The position numbers were made by a program, and so were the translations under genes. DNA of 64,000 nucleotides from the human T2T-CHM13v2.0 reference genome, Homo sapiens, in NCBI RefSeq assembly GCF_009914755.1, contig NC_060948.1; one strand, 5' to 3'. This document shows, piece after piece, positions 58,599 to 64,000 of the stretch. The notes beneath the pieces are model-generated. The model did not search any database and was not told the DNA's origin. It saw only the letters and a program-made list of their open reading frames with translations. Each line of letters begins with the position of its first letter. The first letter of the stretch is position 1.

Positions 58599-59099
58599 TG
58601 TAGCAGGATGAGCCTTGGACAAAACCTCACAGACACCAAGGGAGTGAAGGAAGTAGCTTTAATCAGCTGGAAGCATTGGCAGACTAAGGTCTCAAAATCT
58701 GAGCTTCTCGAGTGCACAATTTCTGTCCCTTTAAGGGCCCACAGCACTAAATATTTTACATGGAAAGGCCATGATTGATTGAGCAATCTACGGAGTATGT
58801 GACAGGGGCTTCATGCCCCAATATTCAGAGTGAAACAGAACAGAATGGGAAGTTTTACAATATCCTTCCATACAATGTCTGGAATCTATGCATAACATTA
58901 GTTGCTAGGTCATGGGTTGAATTTTAACTATCAGGCCAAGGTCAGGCGGCCCAGGCCTCGTTTTGGGTCTGGTTTTCGGTCTGATGCCTGGAGCCACGCT
59001 GCCTGCCTTTAGTTTCACTTCCTTGTTCCTTCTTAAAACTGGTACTGAGTATAACACAATATAGAAAAATATGGGGGGGTCTCTTTCTCTCTTCTCTCA
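58599..59099 (-). mobile_element. 3' LTR of a HERV-E-like provirus (LTR2B/2C-like)
   Basis: Minus strand: PPT aaagggaggaaa, then TGAGAGAAGAGAG...tatactcagtacc...; ends ...tcctgctaCA. Confidence 0.85.
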
Positions 59100-59129
59100 T
59101 TTCCTCCCTTTGAAACACTCACTCATTTT

Positions 59130-61185
59130 ATAAGAAATCCCACTTTCATTTTCACTACTTACATCTTCCTGTGCAAAAGATTTATAGTGATTCATATAAT
59201 ATATTTGTGCTGAAGCATTCTGGTGAACTCAGGTAGTGATGAAGCTTTTTACATTTGAAGAATTACAACTAGCAAACAAGGGAGCAGTAAGCAGGTTCCT
59301 ATTACTATTATTATTCCTATTATAAGAGTTTTAAATCCTCCTGTTGCTGGGAACCAATTTCCAAACATGGCCTCAGGATTAAATCCATGCCACACTTGCA
59401 TGGGTACATGCGCCAGTTTTGTTATATCTTTAACTATGTCTTCAACTACTTGCCCCGATCATCTATGTGTAGACAGTAATTAGTACGATTAAATTTTCCA
59501 CAAACTCCTCCTTCAGCTGCTAGCAAGTAGTCAAGAACTAGTCTATTTTGATAGATAGCATTTCTCATCTGAGTCTATTGCCATACAAGAACAGTCAAGG
59601 CTGGACCGGTTTTATCAGTAATAATTTCTAAAACAGCTTGCCACCATATGATTCAGTGGAGCTTGTAGATGGGGGTCCGATATCCCCAAAATCCATCTTG
59701 TGTCCAAGTGGCAGGCCCATAGTATTGTATAATTCTTTCAGGGGGCCATTCATCATCTTTCCAGTTATGTATGGCTATGCTTCATTTTTTGCGGGAAGCA
59801 TAGACGGGAAAGCCTAGGAGTCCACCTGTTTTTATGGGCAGTAAGAAGAAAGATGGTTTAATAGTGCCAATTACACAGCTACCTGTCCACTGATCAGGTA
59901 GCTTAGCATAGACTCTATGTCCACATATCCAGTATAACCCGGTGGGGGCAGTCTAGTCCTGGTGGAATTCTGGGGTGGGCCCAAACAGTCTGCAATTTTG
60001 GAAATTTACTGAATGGATTTTTTTTCTGTGTAATTGGAACTGCACCATGTAACTGGTTTTGTGGTACCATTATAGTTTTTGTCCAAGACAACTAAGCCAT
60101 CCTACAGGAGGCGTGAATTCTTTTCCTTCTCTAGTTATGCAATGTTGTCCAATAATTGAGGCTTTTAGAACCCAGAAATTGTCAGGTGGTTCTTTTGGGC
60201 TGGGAATTCATCAGGAACTGGGTCTGTAGGAACTAATCATTAGGCTTCCCATGGTCATCGATCTCCTGTTACAGTTCCTCCACAAACATAACATGAAGTT
60301 ACTTTTAGAGACTGGGCTACATGCTTGGCTAATTGCAAAAACAAATTTCTAGTTTTTCCTGGAATTTCAGGCACTGGTACATTTAGTTCATCATAGAAAG
60401 TCTGAAATACTGGCTCTGGAGAGCGTTTTTGAGTCTCTTCTTTTATTAAAATGTTTACCTTAGGGTCTAGTCCTTTTCCATCAATGCCTAGAGATACGTT
60501 TTCTCCTTTTTTCCATTTTGGGTCTGAGGGGTTTGTGATTACTAATTCTAAAGGATTGCTGCTTCCAATCATGCAGGAGGGGCTTCCTTTCCCTTTTTGG
60601 AGCCAAACAGGATCTGTTTCATCTTTTTTTCCAAGTAGCCCAAATGACACAAGAGCAGTACCCACATTCTTTTCCACACAATACTAATTCATGACAAATG
60701 TATTTATTTTCAGTCATGTAGCTATTTTTCCTAATTAAAAGAGCAATATCCTGCTCCTAACTTGTTGCTATTAATGACAGCACAAGGATCAAATTTTAAG
60801 ATTATGCATTTGGCACCCCTTTTTATTCTGTTTTGGCTAATACTTTACTTGTATCATTTATGAGTCCCCACCAGTCTTCAGTCCTTAATCTTATTTCAAA
60901 AACTGTGGAAATGGAACGTTCAGAGGGGTGATAGCACACATCAGGCTCATCACTTCCTGGATTACAGACTTTGTACTGAGTGTTACTATACAAACACATT
61001 CCTTTTGGAATTTCTAGGCATTCATAATAACTATAGAACAAAAAGATTGTCTTAACTTACTGTCCTACCTCAGTGACCTGATGTATGCACTGAAAGCATT
61101 CCTCTGTGTGGGAAGAAGCAGTGGAAGCTTTTACCACACAAATCCATGTTAAAAGGAAAATAAGTCCCATGACAATTTTCCTCAT
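59130..61185 (-). pseudogene. env: Degenerate HERV-E-like env
   Basis: MRKIVMGLIFLLTW signal peptide; ELNVPVPEIPGKTRNLFLQLA...CYVCGG; TM segment [22 protein letters not shown]; multiple stops and frameshifts. Confidence 0.9.
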
Positions 61186-61199
61186 GCTTTGGCCATGCG

Positions 61200-64000
61200 T
61201 AGACCAGTCCGGTTCTGGGTGTGACTGGAGCAGGGCTTGTCGTCCCCCTCAGGGTTGCTTTGCAGGGGTTGTCTAGGCTTGGTTTGGCCTCCCAGGTTCC
61301 AGTGGCTGTGGGCTTTATGCAGCTATGGTGAATCTAGTCTGGAATTCCTTCTATCTTCACAGCTGTGGGAGTGGTCTGGATAATGGTATGGGGTCCCTTC
61401 CACCATGGCCACAAAGGAGCTATATTCCAGTCCTTGATCCACACATGGTCACCTGGAGAAAAAGGGTGAACTGGGGAGAATAAGCTGACTGGGCACTTCT
61501 CATTTATCCATGTTAAGATTGACAGGGTAATTTTCCCTGAGACCTGTAGCTGTTGCTGCAATTCAATTTCACCCAACTCTTGCAGAGTACCTGGAAGTCC
61601 TCACAGTATAGGAGAAGGCCTGTGATATAATATTTCATAAGGGGAGTATCCTATTTTCATAGAGGAGATGCAACTAATTTTAAACAATACTATAGGAAGG
61701 GACTGCATCCATTTTAATCCTGTCTCTTGACATACTTTCCCTAACCTATTTTTAATAGTCTGATTAATTCACTCCACCTTTCCGGAACTCTGAGGTCAGT
61801 AGGCAGCATGTAACTTCCAAGTGATTCCCAATATCTTTGCCGTCTCTGTACTACATCAGCCTCAAATGCCGGCCTATTATCTGAGCCGATCCGTAGAGGC
61901 AGTCCAAACCTAGGGATGAGGTCTCAAAGAAGCACACGGGTTACTACACAAGCTTTTTCAGTTCATGTTGGATAAGCCTCTACCCACCCAGAATAAGTAC
62001 ACATTAGAACCAGTAAATACTTGTTACCTCCACATTTGGGCATCTTTGTGAAGTCCACTTGAAGATCTTCAAAAGGAGCTGCTCTATAGGCTTGTATGCC
62101 AGGAGGAACAGAGGGGCCTTGCTTTGCATTATGCTGTCATCAGGTAACCCATCACTGTGCTACTGTCTTAGCAAGAGCTGGCAAGTGTGAGATATAGAAA
62201 TACCAGCTTAACAGCTTTTCAAGTGAGTCTTGGCCTGAATGGGTAGTTTCATGTACAGCCAGCGTGACTGTGGCTCCTAGCAGCTGTGGTACAGCTATTC
62301 TCCCATCTAGTAACTTTATCCATCCTTTTTGTATTGCTTGTCCTCCCTCTGCCTGAAGAAAGTCTTTTTCCTCTTTAGAATAAGTAGACACCAGATCAGG
62401 TGTTTGAGGGAGCAGGAAGGCTGTGACTGATGCCCAGTAAGGAGTAGACGCTGCTTTTCGTGCCTCTGTGACTGCTCGGGAGTTTCCCTGGCTTACTGAG
62501 GTAGAAGCTTGCTGATGTCCCTTGCAGTGCATGACTGCCACCTTTTGGGCTTTCCCACTGCCTCTAATAATTGCATAATTTTTTGTTGATATTTTATGTC
62601 TTTTCCTCCAGAATTTAACAGGGCTTTTTCTTTATATAATGCTCCATGTACTTGAAGGGTTAGAAAGGCATATTGAGAGTCAGGATAAATGTTTACAGTC
62701 TTACCTTCACTGAGTTCTAGAGCCCAAGTTTAAGCAATGAGTTCTGCTTTCTAGGCTGAAGTGCCCTGAGCGATGGCTTGGCTTCAATAACATTATTCAA
62801 GGTTACCACCACATATCCGGCACATCTTTCTCCTCGTGGATTGATGAAGCTGCTCCCGTCCACGTATAACTCCCAGTCCACTGATGCCCATGGCTGGTAT
62901 CAAAGATTGGATCTGCTAGAATGGACTCAGTCCAACACCTCCACACAGCTATGTTCAACAGGGCTATCCAATACTGGGAGAAAGGTGGCAGGATTTAGGG
63001 TGTTACAGACTTCAATGGTTACGTAGGGGTTTTCACATAGCAAGCTCTGGTACTTGATTAATCTAGCATTTATTAGCCAATGGTGTCCTTTGGTATTCAT
63101 TAAAATTACCACCGCATGAGGGGCCTTTATACTTAAGTTTTGTCCAAGGATTAGCTTTTCTGCTTCTTGTGCTAACAGGGCTTTAGCTGCCAGGGCTCTC
63201 AGACATGGAGGCCTGCCTTTTGAAACTCCGTCTAGCTGTTTTGAGAGGTAGGCCACTGGTCTTGGCCAGGGCCCCAGAGTTTGGATTAAAACTCTAACTG
63301 CCATTTTTTCTCTTTCTGACACAGAGTATAAAGGGCTTTGTCAAATATTGTAGTCCTGGAGCTAGGACTGAGATAAGTTTTTCTTTTAACTTACAAAAGG
63401 CTTGCTGTTGTTGAGGCCCCCATTTAAAGGGCTCTCAGTCACCCCACTTTGTAATCCCATACAATGGTTGGCTAGCACTGCAAAGTTTGGAATCCATAAT
63501 CTGCAAAACCCCACAGCTCCTAGAAATTCCCTTACTTGCCTTCTGGTTTCAGGTTCTGGTAAGCTGCAGATGACCTGCTTTCTTTCTGACCCCAGGCTGC
63601 ACTCCCCTTTCTGAACAGTGAATCCCAGGTAGTGTACCTGCTGTCTGCAGGTCTGAGCTTTCTTCTTGGACACCTTATACCCACAGTCCTCCAGGTGCAG
63701 GGCATCCATCCCTTTTGCACAACCGACTGACATGGAGAGTCCTAGCAGAAGGTCATTCACGTACTGGAGCAAGACACAGCCTAGGTCTTTAGCAGGAAAC
63801 TTCTGGGGGTCTTGAGCCACCACATCCCTGAAGATGGTGGGGGAATTTTTCAACCCCTGGGAAAGCCAAGTCCAAGTGTACTGAGTGGTGACACCTGACC
63901 CTGGATCTTCCCACTAAAAGGCAAACAGCTTTTGGCTCTCAGGAGCTAGTCTGATGCTAAAGAAGGCATCTTTCAAGTCCAGGCAAGGAAACCTGCTGTC
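61200..64000 (-). pseudogene. pol: Degenerate gammaretroviral pol (RT, RNase H, integrase); continues beyond the window
   Basis: LLQYVNDLLL, REFLGAVGFCRLWIP, RPVAYLSKQLD, HCKGHQ, integrase QVDFT...SGWVEAYP...GSDN, WKGPH; fragmented into short ORFs. Confidence 0.93.

Overview
This is AT-rich, CpG-depleted, gene-poor human (primate) genomic DNA. It is almost certainly the male-specific Y chromosome (Yq11.22): the window contains the flanks and repeat cores I recognise as the forensic markers Y-GATA-A10 (~29.56 kb) and Y-GATA-H4 (~54.23 kb), about 24.7 kb apart. I found no intact cellular protein-coding gene. The ORFs in the track come from L1 ORF2, HERV pol/env, Alu, LTR or low-complexity DNA, or are unrecognised short frames. 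Content: about 30 Alus (J, S and Y lineages, including a near-consensus AluYc1-like and an AluYd-like copy), several L1 fragments (two with 5' twin-priming inversions and TSDs), MaLR/ERVL LTRs, a solo LTR12, hAT MITEs (MER1A, MER53) and the 3' part of a decayed HERV-E-like provirus. I see no evidence for a new multi-gene biological system. The notable signals are mutational architecture: an old tandem duplication with a fold-back hairpin at its junction and different Alus at the same paralogous site, an Alu<-LTR12<-THE1-fragment nesting that runs against element age, a 10 x 50-bp minisatellite inside an MLT2 LTR, and several repair or deletion scars. Repeat subfamily names come from recalled consensus sequences and need RepeatMasker/Dfam confirmation. 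Boundaries of old elements are approximate.
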